In this document: piece after piece, positions 49,992 through 58,944 of the stretch | How the letters are laid out: each line of letters begins with the position of its first letter | Position numbering within the stretch: the first letter of the stretch is position 1 | NCBI GenBank assembly: GCA_963769425.1 | Contig: CAVYLP010000006.1 | Location: 672,001 to 736,000 of the forward strand | Direction of reading: 5' to 3' | Length of the DNA: 64,000 nt | Source of the DNA: Candidatus Bathyarchaeota archaeon | Lineage (GTDB): Archaea > Thermoproteota > Bathyarchaeia > TCS64 | The notes under the pieces: generated by a model | Told to the model about the DNA's origin: nothing | The model's database searches: none | What the model saw: only the letters and a program-made list of their open reading frames with translations | Program-made: the position numbers and the translations under genes

Positions 49992-50477
49992 TCATCGAAT
50001 TAATCTTCCAGTTTGTTCGAAGTGTTGGATGATCTTTGAATTCTCCCTAGGATCCTGACTAGTAGGTTGGTCCCATGGATATCCCATCTGAATCTTCATG
50101 GTTTCATAATTCGATTCGAAGTTTGGGTATGTGATTACAACCTCGGTTGATGGGTATGAGCGTGATGTGATTGGGGGAACAAATATGCCGTGTAAATCTT
50201 CCTCCCCGTCAACTATGATTACAAAGTCGCCCATTAGAGGCGCTCTCATTGCCTTCATTGTATCTACGCATGCTTTGGTTAAGATCAACTCGTGGCTTGT
50301 CACGTTATAGTATCGGACATCGGTGTCTGTTACTACATTAAGCTGGGTTTTGGTTAGTATGATGCTGAACTCGTTCGCTGGGAGTTGGTGTTGATTATTT
50401 GCTATGAACAATACGGTGCAGAGTGGGATTAATACTCCTAAAATGACGGCTATTGAGGTTCTTTTATCCATATTCAA
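49992..50477 (-). CDS. Membrane-anchored/secreted hypothetical protein
   Basis: N-terminal hydrophobic segment and an intact 161-aa ORF. Confidence 0.7.
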   Translation of the reverse strand: MNMDKRTSIAVILGVLIPLCTVLFIANNQHQLPANEFSIILTKTQLNVVTDTDVRYYNVTSHELILTKACVDTMKAMRAPLMGDFVIIVDGEEDLHGIFVPPITSRSYPSTEVVITYPNFESNYETMKIQMGYPWDQPTSQDPRENSKIIQHFEQTGRLIR

Positions 50478-50683
50478 TTCCGATGGATTGAAAGAGTAAT
50501 AACTCTTTTTATGACTCGAAATGAATACTCCTTTTGCTTATGAGGTTGGACTCGAGATCGTATAAAATATGAGAACGTGGTAACCATCATGCTTATCCAT
50601 TAATGTATGATGAGTTTGTACGTCCATAAACCCTAAAATAAACATCAATGAGGATTTTACGGGGCATAAGGGAGAGGTAGGAG

Positions 50684-52099
50684 TTGAAAATCAAGATTTT
50701 ATCAATAATGATCTCATTTTTACTCGTTGTAAATTCGTTAGGGTTGATCGGTGCGCGTGCAAGTGACACGATTAGTGCATCGGATTTCCAGCTGGGTAGT
50801 TGGTCGAAGACGATCGATCTTTTTGATTATGCTCGACAGCACGCTGAGTCTGTGGGTGGTGTTCCGCCGCCAGAGAACTGGACTAGTGACACGGTGGTCA
50901 ACTACATCAATCAGAATGGTTTCAAGCTCCTCTACATGGGCTTCGCCGGGGTTGACTATGGCAGCGCCAAGTTCCAGCTACCCCTTCAGTCCGTAGTTGA
51001 AAGCTTTAACACGACCAAGGGTGAACCAGCCATGACCGCTTCTAGTTTCCTAATGCTCATGGCATTCAATGACACGAAAACCTCCCTATACGCGGGTTCA
51101 CCCGATAAGGGCGACAACCTCTGGGCATCGTTCACAATGGGGTCGGATTATAGTGAAGTTTTACCTGAGGGGAAGACGCCCAAGCTCACCACGAGTGTTG
51201 AGATTACTCAGTTGAAGGTCTCTGGCAACGAGTACACCTGGGGGATGACGTACAAGAACCTAGAAGCAATCTGGTGGAGCATCGCGGGGAGTGTGCCGAA
51301 GCTCTTGCCGGCCGCCCTCTGCGTATACGACGAGCTCGGCTTCAATTATCGTCTAGTGTTCAACCCAGGCGACGGTACCGCGAAGCTCTACGTGACCTAC
51401 ACCCTCGGTGAGATGCATGACCTCTGGACGGTGGGTCACGTCGGTTTCATTCCCGTCGTGGTGCACTACAATAGCACCGGTTTGTACGGTCCATTGGGGA
51501 AGAAGGCTGGTTCTGAGACTATTCACGATTTCCTCGAACGGAACAAGATCAGCATGAGCATCGTGATGAGTCAGAGGACGTGGGTGGCTGATAAGGAGGT
51601 CTCAAACAAGGTGAATGGTTCGGGCGCTATCTCGGATGGTGTTGACGTCAGCTCTGGAAGCGTTCAATCCACGACCTCCGATGGGCAGAAGGTATCAGAT
51701 GTCAGCTTCGGTGAGAAGAAAACCTACAAGCTCGAGGAGGCTACAGGAGAGAAGACCTACGACGCCGTGACGAGGATAGCGGATGTGAACTTCTATGCTA
51801 GGAACCCGGTTCTAAGGCTGCAGAATTCTCTCCTCCTCTACTCGAATGCCTTCATGTCCCACATGTTCCCATCGAAGTACGCCGAGACCGCCAAGGTATG
51901 GATGAACGCGACGAAGTCCGACTACCTATTCATCACATCATATCCAACCTACAGCGGATACCAAGTGATACATGACCCAGTATACACGGCTTACACTCCG
52001 CCGAAGACCACTGCGGGTGGTGCAGTACCCATCCCGAGCATTGCAGTTCTAATTGGAGTAGTCATAGTTGTCATCTTCCTAGCGAGGAAACGAAGCTGA
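50684..52099 (+). CDS. Secreted cell-surface protein with C-terminal membrane anchor
   Basis: Signal peptide, N-x-S/T sequons, IHDP motif, Thr/Gly linker, then VPIP, TM helix and RKRS. Confidence 0.8.
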   Translation: MKIKILSIMISFLLVVNSLGLIGARASDTISASDFQLGSWSKTIDLFDYARQHAESVGGVPPPENWTSDTVVNYINQNGFKLLYMGFAGVDYGSAKFQLPLQSVVESFNTTKGEPAMTASSFLMLMAFNDTKTSLYAGSPDKGDNLWASFTMGSDYSEVLPEGKTPKLTTSVEITQLKVSGNEYTWGMTYKNLEAIWWSIAGSVPKLLPAALCVYDELGFNYRLVFNPGDGTAKLYVTYTLGEMHDLWTVGHVGFIPVVVHYNSTGLYGPLGKKAGSETIHDFLERNKISMSIVMSQRTWVADKEVSNKVNGSGAISDGVDVSSGSVQSTTSDGQKVSDVSFGEKKTYKLEEATGEKTYDAVTRIADVNFYARNPVLRLQNSLLLYSNAFMSHMFPSKYAETAKVWMNATKSDYLFITSYPTYSGYQVIHDPVYTAYTPPKTTAGGAVPIPSIAVLIGVVIVVIFLARKRS

Positions 52100-52128
52100 A
52101 CCTAGAATAACTCAACGAAGCGATTGAA

Positions 52129-52445
52129 TTGCCTGGAGTGTTATCTGGCTTCAGTAAGGTCATTTTATCCTTAGCTATAGGTTTCATCATCTCCACCGTT
52201 ATCCGGGCTCTATTCTGGAACGCTCCTAATGGTCAGCTGATAATAATCGCCTTCAACCTCATCAGCATAGTTGGAGGGATTTTGGCTTTGTCGAGTCAGA
52301 AGTATTGGTCCATGACCTACCTCTTTGGCTATTTAGCGGGGCTCTATTTCTTCTCGGTAGGTACTTTGTTTCAGATTGGGAGTTCATTCTCTACATGGCA
52401 GTGGGTACTTTTTTCGTCTTCAATAAAATTAGGCACAGGTTCTGA
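52129..52445 (+). CDS. Small multi-pass membrane protein (apparent 2-bp insertion near 52355)
   Basis: Hydrophobic helices; the alternate frame gives ...FFGRYFVSDWEFILYMAVGTFFVFNKIRHRF ending at 52445. Confidence 0.6.
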
Positions 52446-52521
52446 GACGTGTCGTTTCCTCCTATATTCATGGGATGGAAAGTTTTACTAGGCTTCTGGG
52501 CGTCTGGTTGCTCGATCTCTC

Positions 52522-53652
52522 TTGTCTCTCGTTGGTAAGTCTGTGGCTGAGGTTCCGACTCCGGCTCTGCTGCTGGATCTGGATAAGTTTGAGTGGAATG
52601 TTGAGAAGATGTTCACTTTTGCCAAGAAGGTTGGGGTGAACGTGCGTCCTCACGCGAAGACGTTCAAGGCTGCTGCTATCTGTAACCGGCTGATCGCGGC
52701 AGGTGCGATCGGTGTGATGACTCAGAAGCTGAGTGAGGCTGAGGTGCTGCTGAACAGCGGGATCCTGTACGGGGATAAGAATATCCTGGTGAGTCAGGAG
52801 CTGGCGGATCCGGGGAAGGTGGAGCGGCTGGTGGGGCACAACGTGGCTATGGGGGAGGGGAAGGTTCTCACCAGCGTCGACGATGCGCGTGAGGTGGACA
52901 TGCTGGATGAGGCGGCGCTCAGGTGGAAGGTGAAGCAGCATGTTGTCATCGAGATGAGTCACGGGCGCTGCGGGACGGCGCCGGGGAAGCCGACGGTCGA
53001 CCTCGCGGAGCACATCGCCAAGAAGAAGGGGCTCGTGTTCCGGGGAATCTACGGGTACGAGAACCCGGTGAAGAGGGAGCTGGCACTTGAGAGGGATAAG
53101 CTGACTGTGGACACCGCGGAGATGATCAGGGCGGCTGGTATTCCGGTGGAGATCGTGTCGGCGGGTTCGACGGACACGTATGAGGTGACCGGTTCGTATC
53201 CAGGAATCACCGAGATTGAGCCGGGGAGCTTCGTCTTCGGAGCGGGTCCGGAGGGGAGCGGGTACGGGTGGAGTAGCAACAACAACGTCTACTTCAAGAG
53301 CAGCTTGACAGTGCTGTCGCAGGTGATCAGCGACAACTTCTCGGATAGGGTTGTGTTAGATGCTGGTTTGAAGGTGTTGAGTGGGGGTGACCCGGACGCG
53401 GTGCCGGCGGTGCTAGCCAAGAAGGATGGGGAACCTATCCACTTTGAGAAGGCTGGGTTGAGTGAGGAGCATTGCACGCTACGATTCAAGGAGGGTGATC
53501 CTGAGCGGAAGAGGATTAGGTGGGGGGACAAGCTGGAGCTAACTCCGAGTCACTGCTGCACATGTGTCAACCAACATGATGAGATGCTTGTGGTGAAGAA
53601 TGGGCGTGTTGCAGCGGTATGGCCTATAACAGCACGTGGTAGATACACATAG
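52522..53652 (+). CDS. DSD1/D-threonine aldolase-like fold-type III PLP enzyme
   Basis: TPALLLD, RPHAKT.K, G.T.T, E..PGSFVF, DAG.K, SEEH and H.C..VN..D motifs. Confidence 0.88.
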   Translation: MSLVGKSVAEVPTPALLLDLDKFEWNVEKMFTFAKKVGVNVRPHAKTFKAAAICNRLIAAGAIGVMTQKLSEAEVLLNSGILYGDKNILVSQELADPGKVERLVGHNVAMGEGKVLTSVDDAREVDMLDEAALRWKVKQHVVIEMSHGRCGTAPGKPTVDLAEHIAKKKGLVFRGIYGYENPVKRELALERDKLTVDTAEMIRAAGIPVEIVSAGSTDTYEVTGSYPGITEIEPGSFVFGAGPEGSGYGWSSNNNVYFKSSLTVLSQVISDNFSDRVVLDAGLKVLSGGDPDAVPAVLAKKDGEPIHFEKAGLSEEHCTLRFKEGDPERKRIRWGDKLELTPSHCCTCVNQHDEMLVVKNGRVAAVWPITARGRYT

Positions 53653-53990
53653 CCTCTATGGTTTACCCTCTCTCATCACAAACAATTAGGGTAATTTTTT
53701 TTCCCCGAACGGGCGATGTTCTGACTGTAGTGGGGTGTTGAGCGACCCAAGGGTCGCTAGAAGTTCTGGTAGATAGGGATTGTGGTAAGCAGGAAAAAGA
53801 GGTCTCAGATTCAGGCTAGCGCGGGGATGAAGCAGGGAAAGAGACTGGCGCTAGTCAGAAAGTTCTCTGACGAGGAGGATTTGTACTAGTACGTACGTAC
53901 CCCTTTTTCCCTAGAATATGGGATGGAAAAAGAGAGATTTTAGAGTTGAATGATAAATGTTAAAAGAAGGTTCCAATTAAATTCCATAGT

Positions 53991-54533
53991 ATGTCTAATA
54001 TCGTTGCGAAAATAAAAATTGACAAGAATTTAGGTATCATTGAAGTCGAAGGGACAGAAATATTCGTTAAAGAAATGATTGAAAAATATGGAACTTTAAT
54101 TCTTACATCAGTGAAAAAGCCTGACATACCCCCAAAAGCTCCTCCAGAACAAGGTAAACCAGAAGGAGTAAAGCGTCGTAAGCCAGCAACAGTGTCTGTA
54201 GAAGCTGTAGAAATCGACCTAAATTCCGGAGCGAATTACTCCTCATTAAAGGACTTCTATAACACGAAACAGCCAGAATCTTTCATTGAAAAGACAACGT
54301 TGTTTACATACTACCTAAAGCAATTCAAAGAGATTCAAGAAGCAACTCCCGGCCATTTACTAACATGTTATCGGAGCGTAGGTTCAAAACTTCCTAAGAA
54401 TATTCCTCAAACAATTTTAGATGCAAAACAGAAAGGTTGGCTAGCACCTGATTCAAGTGTCAATAGTGCAAAAATTGGTAACATTGGAATTAATTTAATT
54501 GAACATGAATTACCAAAACGGAAAGAAAAATAG
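53991..54533 (+). CDS. Hypothetical protein: beta-hairpin/helix N-domain plus wHTH-like C-domain
   Basis: KIKID...IIEVEGTEIFVKE N-terminus, Pro/Lys linker, and LKDFY..K.P...KGWL...GINLIE. Confidence 0.7.
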   Translation: MSNIVAKIKIDKNLGIIEVEGTEIFVKEMIEKYGTLILTSVKKPDIPPKAPPEQGKPEGVKRRKPATVSVEAVEIDLNSGANYSSLKDFYNTKQPESFIEKTTLFTYYLKQFKEIQEATPGHLLTCYRSVGSKLPKNIPQTILDAKQKGWLAPDSSVNSAKIGNIGINLIEHELPKRKEK

Positions 54534-54535
54534 AT

Positions 54536-55450
54536 TCACTTAATTTTATCTATTACTTCTTGAATCCAATTTATTCCTCTTGAGGTTATGATTACTTTAT
54601 TTCCACTTCTAGTTATTAATTTTCTACCATTCATATTTGATAATTGTGTTGATAAATGTTCTACCTCATGACCGCTCTTTTTCAATAAAGTATCTAATAA
54701 GTCAAAGCTATAATCGAATTTGGTAAAACCAAGAGCGTATAGTATTATTCCGATTCCTTCCAACTGATTTAAACTCTTATCGGTAATAATTATTGGACCA
54801 TCCCGCTCGAATCTTATAATCGAGGAGGGAATTACAGGAAATAATAGCACTTCATTTAGTGCCTCAAATAAAATTGTTTGGAAATTTAGAGAAATTATAT
54901 CGATACCTAAGGCATTGAGAAAATCATTTGCTAAAAACTCCAAATGATTTATCAATACATATATCGAACCAACTATAGAAAAAACCGCATCTGTACGTTC
55001 TGATATTGGTCCATAATGAGCGGCTGTTTTTCTATTTCGTATAGTATAAAAATTATTCCAAGATGTAGGTAGTATTTTCTTAATACGAATATCCGTATAT
55101 CTTGTTTGATTTACAAATTCTCTAGATGTTGTTTCCTCGTCATTTTTAGTGGGGAATGAATTACCAAAGACAATTGGATATAATGATTTATACGAACCTT
55201 CACATGTTACACCTCCATCTAAAACCACGTGAGAATATTGACTAGGACCTTGTCTTATCCCAATTAACCCAGTTAAAACTGGGTGCAAGGGGGCAACTAT
55301 TGCTATGGCTAAATCCGGGTTTGTAGGAAAAACTGAATCACCAATACTTCTTAATCTTGTAAATAAAACAAATACTGATTCCGGACAAGAGGAATCACCT
55401 AATGTTCTATCAAGTACCTTAAGAATATCTGAATATGAGGGTAATGACAA
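54536..55450 (-). CDS. Hypothetical protein with HEPN-like R-x4-6-H motif and C-terminal wHTH
   Basis: YTIRNRKTAAH in a helical domain; C-terminus LSTQLSNMNGRKLITRSGNKVIITSRGINWIQE. Confidence 0.65.
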   Translation of the reverse strand: MSLPSYSDILKVLDRTLGDSSCPESVFVLFTRLRSIGDSVFPTNPDLAIAIVAPLHPVLTGLIGIRQGPSQYSHVVLDGGVTCEGSYKSLYPIVFGNSFPTKNDEETTSREFVNQTRYTDIRIKKILPTSWNNFYTIRNRKTAAHYGPISERTDAVFSIVGSIYVLINHLEFLANDFLNALGIDIISLNFQTILFEALNEVLLFPVIPSSIIRFERDGPIIITDKSLNQLEGIGIILYALGFTKFDYSFDLLDTLLKKSGHEVEHLSTQLSNMNGRKLITRSGNKVIITSRGINWIQEVIDKIK

Positions 55451-55453
55451 AGT

Positions 55454-55906
55454 CTATACGGTCCAATAAACCCATTTTCCGTCTTCTTCAGTACCTTTAA
55501 TTTTACCTGATTTCAGCCGATAGTTTAAAGCTGTTCTAACCGTATCGCGTACCTTTTTTCCGGTGGACGGATAGCCTTTATTTTTAAATTCTGATAATAT
55601 TTGGTCCATATCTTTCTTTTGAGGAATTTTCATGAAGTTGCTATTAATGATTTCATCTAGTACTGGTGACAACGTAGCAGTACGTTTTCCTCCACGTTTA
55701 TCCTCCTTTTGAGGCTTTTCGACTTCCTGTTCTCCATCAGCAAGATTAGTAGTTTTTACTGGTTCAGATGTAGAAGTAGCCCAATTAAAGGCCTTTTCAT
55801 AATATTCAAAAATCTTTTCTTCTGAGCCTTCTAAAGATATTTCTTTTTCTCCGACCTTGACTTTAAAATTAGCTTTTGATTTTTCTTCCATGATTACTAT
55901 ATGCAT
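55454..55906 (-). CDS. Hypothetical protein: beta-hairpin/helix N-domain plus wHTH-like C-domain
   Basis: FKVKVGEKEISLEGSEEKI N-terminus resembles that of ORF 53991; C-terminus VRTALNYRLKSGKIKG...KWVY. Confidence 0.7.
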   Translation of the reverse strand: MHIVIMEEKSKANFKVKVGEKEISLEGSEEKIFEYYEKAFNWATSTSEPVKTTNLADGEQEVEKPQKEDKRGGKRTATLSPVLDEIINSNFMKIPQKKDMDQILSEFKNKGYPSTGKKVRDTVRTALNYRLKSGKIKGTEEDGKWVYWTV

Positions 55907-56054
55907 TCACAGATGTATTTAATTTTTAACTTCAAGTATAACATATCCCAGTTTTATGTAGATAGGTGATATATAAGAAGAATTAAAGAGTGATAGAATA
56001 GGGATAATAAAAGCCTATTAATATAGATGGTATTATATTAAAGGGAATAAATAG

Positions 56055-56584
56055 ATGGATAAAAGGAGTTAAACTTATCCTAGATGCTTATAGAAATTAT
56101 CTAGGCATGGAAAAAGTATGTATCCTACTAAGAGATAAAGAGGGGGGATACGAAAAATTATCCTTACTATGAATCCGACATTGAGGGGGTAGTACTGACG
56201 TCAGGAAACACAGTAAGCACAGGAGTACTTACTACCCTAGGGTTTTGGGAGATAAACGTACTAATCTCTACAAAGAAGGGTCAGCCGATAGCCGTTCGAA
56301 AGAACCTGAAGGATGACAGTTACGTAGAAACTAGGGTAAGCCAGTATAAGGTGTCAGTAGACGGAAGAGGCAAGATAATTACGCGGAATATCGTAGCCTC
56401 AAAGTGCATCGGACAGAATGAGCTGTTGCGCAAGTACGGTTTGGTCGAGCTTGATTACGATAACGTCATGGGTAGGCTATCGAAGCTTGAGGATGATTCC
56501 CCAACTAGGTACAGGAGTAGGCTGAATGGGATGGAGGGCAATTTTACGGATTCGTACTTAGCTCTTTTCACATACTTGCTATGA
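56055..56584 (+). pseudogene. cas1: Truncated solo Cas1 (N-terminal ~175 codons, two +1 frameshifts)
   Basis: Reconstruction: YLGMEK.CI...IEGVVLTSGNTVSTGVLTTLGFWEINVLISTKKGQPIA...RVSQY...IVASKCIGQNELL...RLNGMEGNFTDSY, then stop. Confidence 0.8.
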
Positions 56585-56727
56585 ACTCTCAGAAAAACTA
56601 AACCCTTTTAACCCTCAGACTACCCCAATCTCCCAGTCACAAGAGAATCCCGCATGTTTTGGCTCGAAGCCCAAGCGGCCACGACGACAACTACAAGCCG
56701 AATTCCAGTGACCAAGGAGACCAAAAC

Positions 56728-58062
56728 ATGCAGATAACATCATTCGATCAGCTCCACCTATCCCCAGAGATCATGCAGGCCATAGCCGACATGGGCTGGG
56801 AGACCCCCACACCCATACAGGCCGAGGCCATGGCGCCCCTACTAGATGGTAGGGACGTACTCGGACAGGCACAGACCGGAACCGGCAAGACAGCCGCCTT
56901 CGGCATCCCAATGATAGAGCGAATAGACACCAAACTAAAGACCGTCCAGGGCCTAGTACTCGCCCCCACACGCGAACTCGCAGTCCAGATCGCCGACCAC
57001 CTCAACGCCCTCGCCGCCCACAAGAACATAAAGGCCACCGCCATCTACGGCGGCGAACCAATACAGAAGCAGACACGCGCCCTAAAACAGGGCACATCTA
57101 TAGTCGTCGGCACCCCCGGCCGCATCCTCGACCACCTCGGCCAGGGCACACTAAACCTACGCAACGTCACCGTCGCAGTCCTAGACGAGGCCGACCGCAT
57201 GCTCGACATGGGCTTCATCCCCGACATCAAGCGCATACTCAGCAACACCCCGAAGGAGAAGCAGCTAAGCCTCTTCAGCGCCACACTCGACAACAACGTC
57301 CTCCAGCTCAGCAAGGAGTTCATGCACCACCCACTCAAGATCATAGTCAGCCGCGACGAGATCGCCGTCACCCAGATAGCACAACGCTTCGTCGAAGTAG
57401 AACCACGCGACAAGTTCCAGGCACTCACAAAGATACTCGACACGCAGCACGTGGAACGCGCCATAATCTTCGCCAGGACACAACGCGGCGCACAACGCCT
57501 AGCAAAGATGCTTCACGACCGCGGCTACGACGCCAGACCACTACACGGCGGCCTAACACAGCCCCAGCGCGACTCCGTCACCGAACAGTTCAGGGCAGGT
57601 AAGCTCCGAATCCTCGTCGCAACAGACGTAGCCGCACGAGGCCTCGACATCAGCAACATCACCCACATAATCAACCACAACATCCCCGAGGACCCCGCCA
57701 ACTACTTCCACCGAATCGGCAGAACAGCCCGCATGGAAAAAGAGGGCACATCCATAAGCCTCACCGCCCCCGACGAGCTAAAGGACCTCAAACGAATAAT
57801 GGCCATGACCAAGACACGCATAACCCCCCTCGCCCTCGACATCACACCCACCGAGGCCCCCGCGGCAACCAAATGCGCAAAATGCGGCAAAACCTTCGTA
57901 CCCACCTTCACCCCCCCACCAAACTCGCTCCCCTACTGCCCCACCTGCTACAAAACCCACCAGAACAGACGAAGACCCACCGAACCCGGCGCCGAGCGCA
58001 GAACCCCCACGGGCCCCCGCCGCTACACCCCACACGCGAGAACATACCGCCCCAGATTCTAA
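56728..58062 (+). CDS. DEAD-box RNA helicase with C-terminal CxxC-x17-CxxC zinc ribbon
   Basis: Q motif, AQTGTGKT, PTRELA, DEAD, SAT and HRIGRT.R motifs; AAGGAG upstream of ATG 56728. Confidence 0.95.
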   Translation: MQITSFDQLHLSPEIMQAIADMGWETPTPIQAEAMAPLLDGRDVLGQAQTGTGKTAAFGIPMIERIDTKLKTVQGLVLAPTRELAVQIADHLNALAAHKNIKATAIYGGEPIQKQTRALKQGTSIVVGTPGRILDHLGQGTLNLRNVTVAVLDEADRMLDMGFIPDIKRILSNTPKEKQLSLFSATLDNNVLQLSKEFMHHPLKIIVSRDEIAVTQIAQRFVEVEPRDKFQALTKILDTQHVERAIIFARTQRGAQRLAKMLHDRGYDARPLHGGLTQPQRDSVTEQFRAGKLRILVATDVAARGLDISNITHIINHNIPEDPANYFHRIGRTARMEKEGTSISLTAPDELKDLKRIMAMTKTRITPLALDITPTEAPAATKCAKCGKTFVPTFTPPPNSLPYCPTCYKTHQNRRRPTEPGAERRTPTGPRRYTPHARTYRPRF

Positions 58063-58077
58063 GTTCCGATCCCGTAT

Positions 58078-58269
58078 TCAGTTGGGGTTCTTTGGGATCA
58101 AAATCCATGCGACTATGTAGGCTAAAATGCCAATGCCGTAGATCAGCGATAAGATGACCCATAGGACCCTAATGATTGTGGGGTCCAAGTTGAGGTATTC
58201 GGCTACTCCGCCGCAGACGCCTGCGAGCCACTTCTTATTTGAACGATACAGCTTCTTTGGGCTATCCAT
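58078..58269 (-). CDS. PspC-domain protein
   Basis: KKLYRS...LAGVCGGVAEY..LDPT..R...AYI..W..IP pattern. Confidence 0.92.
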   Translation of the reverse strand: MDSPKKLYRSNKKWLAGVCGGVAEYLNLDPTIIRVLWVILSLIYGIGILAYIVAWILIPKNPN

Positions 58270-58319
58270 ACTTTAGACTGTGTCTAGGTGGATTGTATTA
58301 TAGATGTTGGTTACATTGG

Positions 58320-58540
58320 AACCTTCTTCATTTCGACTGTTGGGATGTACATGCGATGAGCTATCAGGGCTAGGCGATAAAACGGCCCATCTGTGATCTA
58401 CCCAGGGTGAGGTTCGTTAGTCCCCTAAACCGAGCTTCCAACACCCGCCACCAAGAGGGGTCATTAGCTTCAAAGATTAAAAATACTAACCTTCTTCATT
58501 TCGACTATTGGGATGACCAGCGTTGAAGCCATCATGGCTA
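58320..58540. repeat. Two diverged ~53-bp direct repeats at 168-bp spacing
   Basis: AACCTTCTTCATTTCGACT[G/A]TTGGGATG at 58320 and 58488 (27 of 28 identical), with weaker similarity beyond. Confidence 0.85.
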
Positions 58541-58598
58541 AACCACTGCCTGAATTCAAAGGGAAAACGCGGGAATTCTTAAATCCCCAAAAATTCCA

Positions 58599-58868
58599 AT
58601 GATAATCAAGATGGTCAGAAAGGCGTTAATCCTAGGCGAAATCGACAGCAAGGCAACCGGTGTTAAAACCAGCGAGGTCCTCGCGAAGATATCAGCCCTC
58701 AACGGCGTAAAGGACGCCGAGTACATCGCCGGGCCCCACGACTTCTACATAATCGCCGAGGTCGATGATCAGGAAAAGCTCAACAACATAGTCACCTCCC
58801 TCCGAGGGATGGAGGGGATAAAGGAGACCATGACCTGCCTCGTCCTTCCCTCGAAGCAAAAAAAGTGA
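58599..58868 (+). CDS. Stand-alone Lrp/AsnC ligand-binding (RAM) domain protein
   Basis: GVKDAEYIAGPHDFYII.E...GIKETMTC pattern; no HTH. Confidence 0.85.
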   Translation: MIIKMVRKALILGEIDSKATGVKTSEVLAKISALNGVKDAEYIAGPHDFYIIAEVDDQEKLNNIVTSLRGMEGIKETMTCLVLPSKQKK

Positions 58869-58944
58869 TCTTCACCCATCTCCAACCCTCCAACGGGAAA
58901 ATAGTAATAAATACTGTAATTACAAACACAGATAGGGGAGCCAC

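Larger units (their letters stand above)
53900..56584. mobile_element. AT-rich horizontally acquired island (HEPN-like module plus cas1 remnant); boundaries approximate
   Basis: Abrupt switch to very AT-rich sequence, three orphan ORFs and a truncated cas1 at the right edge; no clear TIR or TSD found. Confidence 0.55.

Noticed and set aside
53700-53900. Hairpins (AGCGACCC-AA-GGGTCGCT, GTCAGA/TCTGAC) as SRP or RNase P RNA, or a short AbrB-like ORF
   Set aside because: The conserved SRP and RNase P signature sequences are absent; the ORF needs a frameshift and has only weak resemblance.
53732-56626. Casposon terminal inverted repeats (GGGGTGTTGAG at 53732 versus ...GACTACCCC at 56626; also GTACGTACCCC near 53900)
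   Set aside because: The matches are short and gapped, with no target-site duplication; not distinguishable from chance.
53650-58600. CRISPR array near the cas1 remnant
   Set aside because: No run of 25-40 bp repeats with 30-45 bp spacers; the only repeat pair is 168 bp apart.
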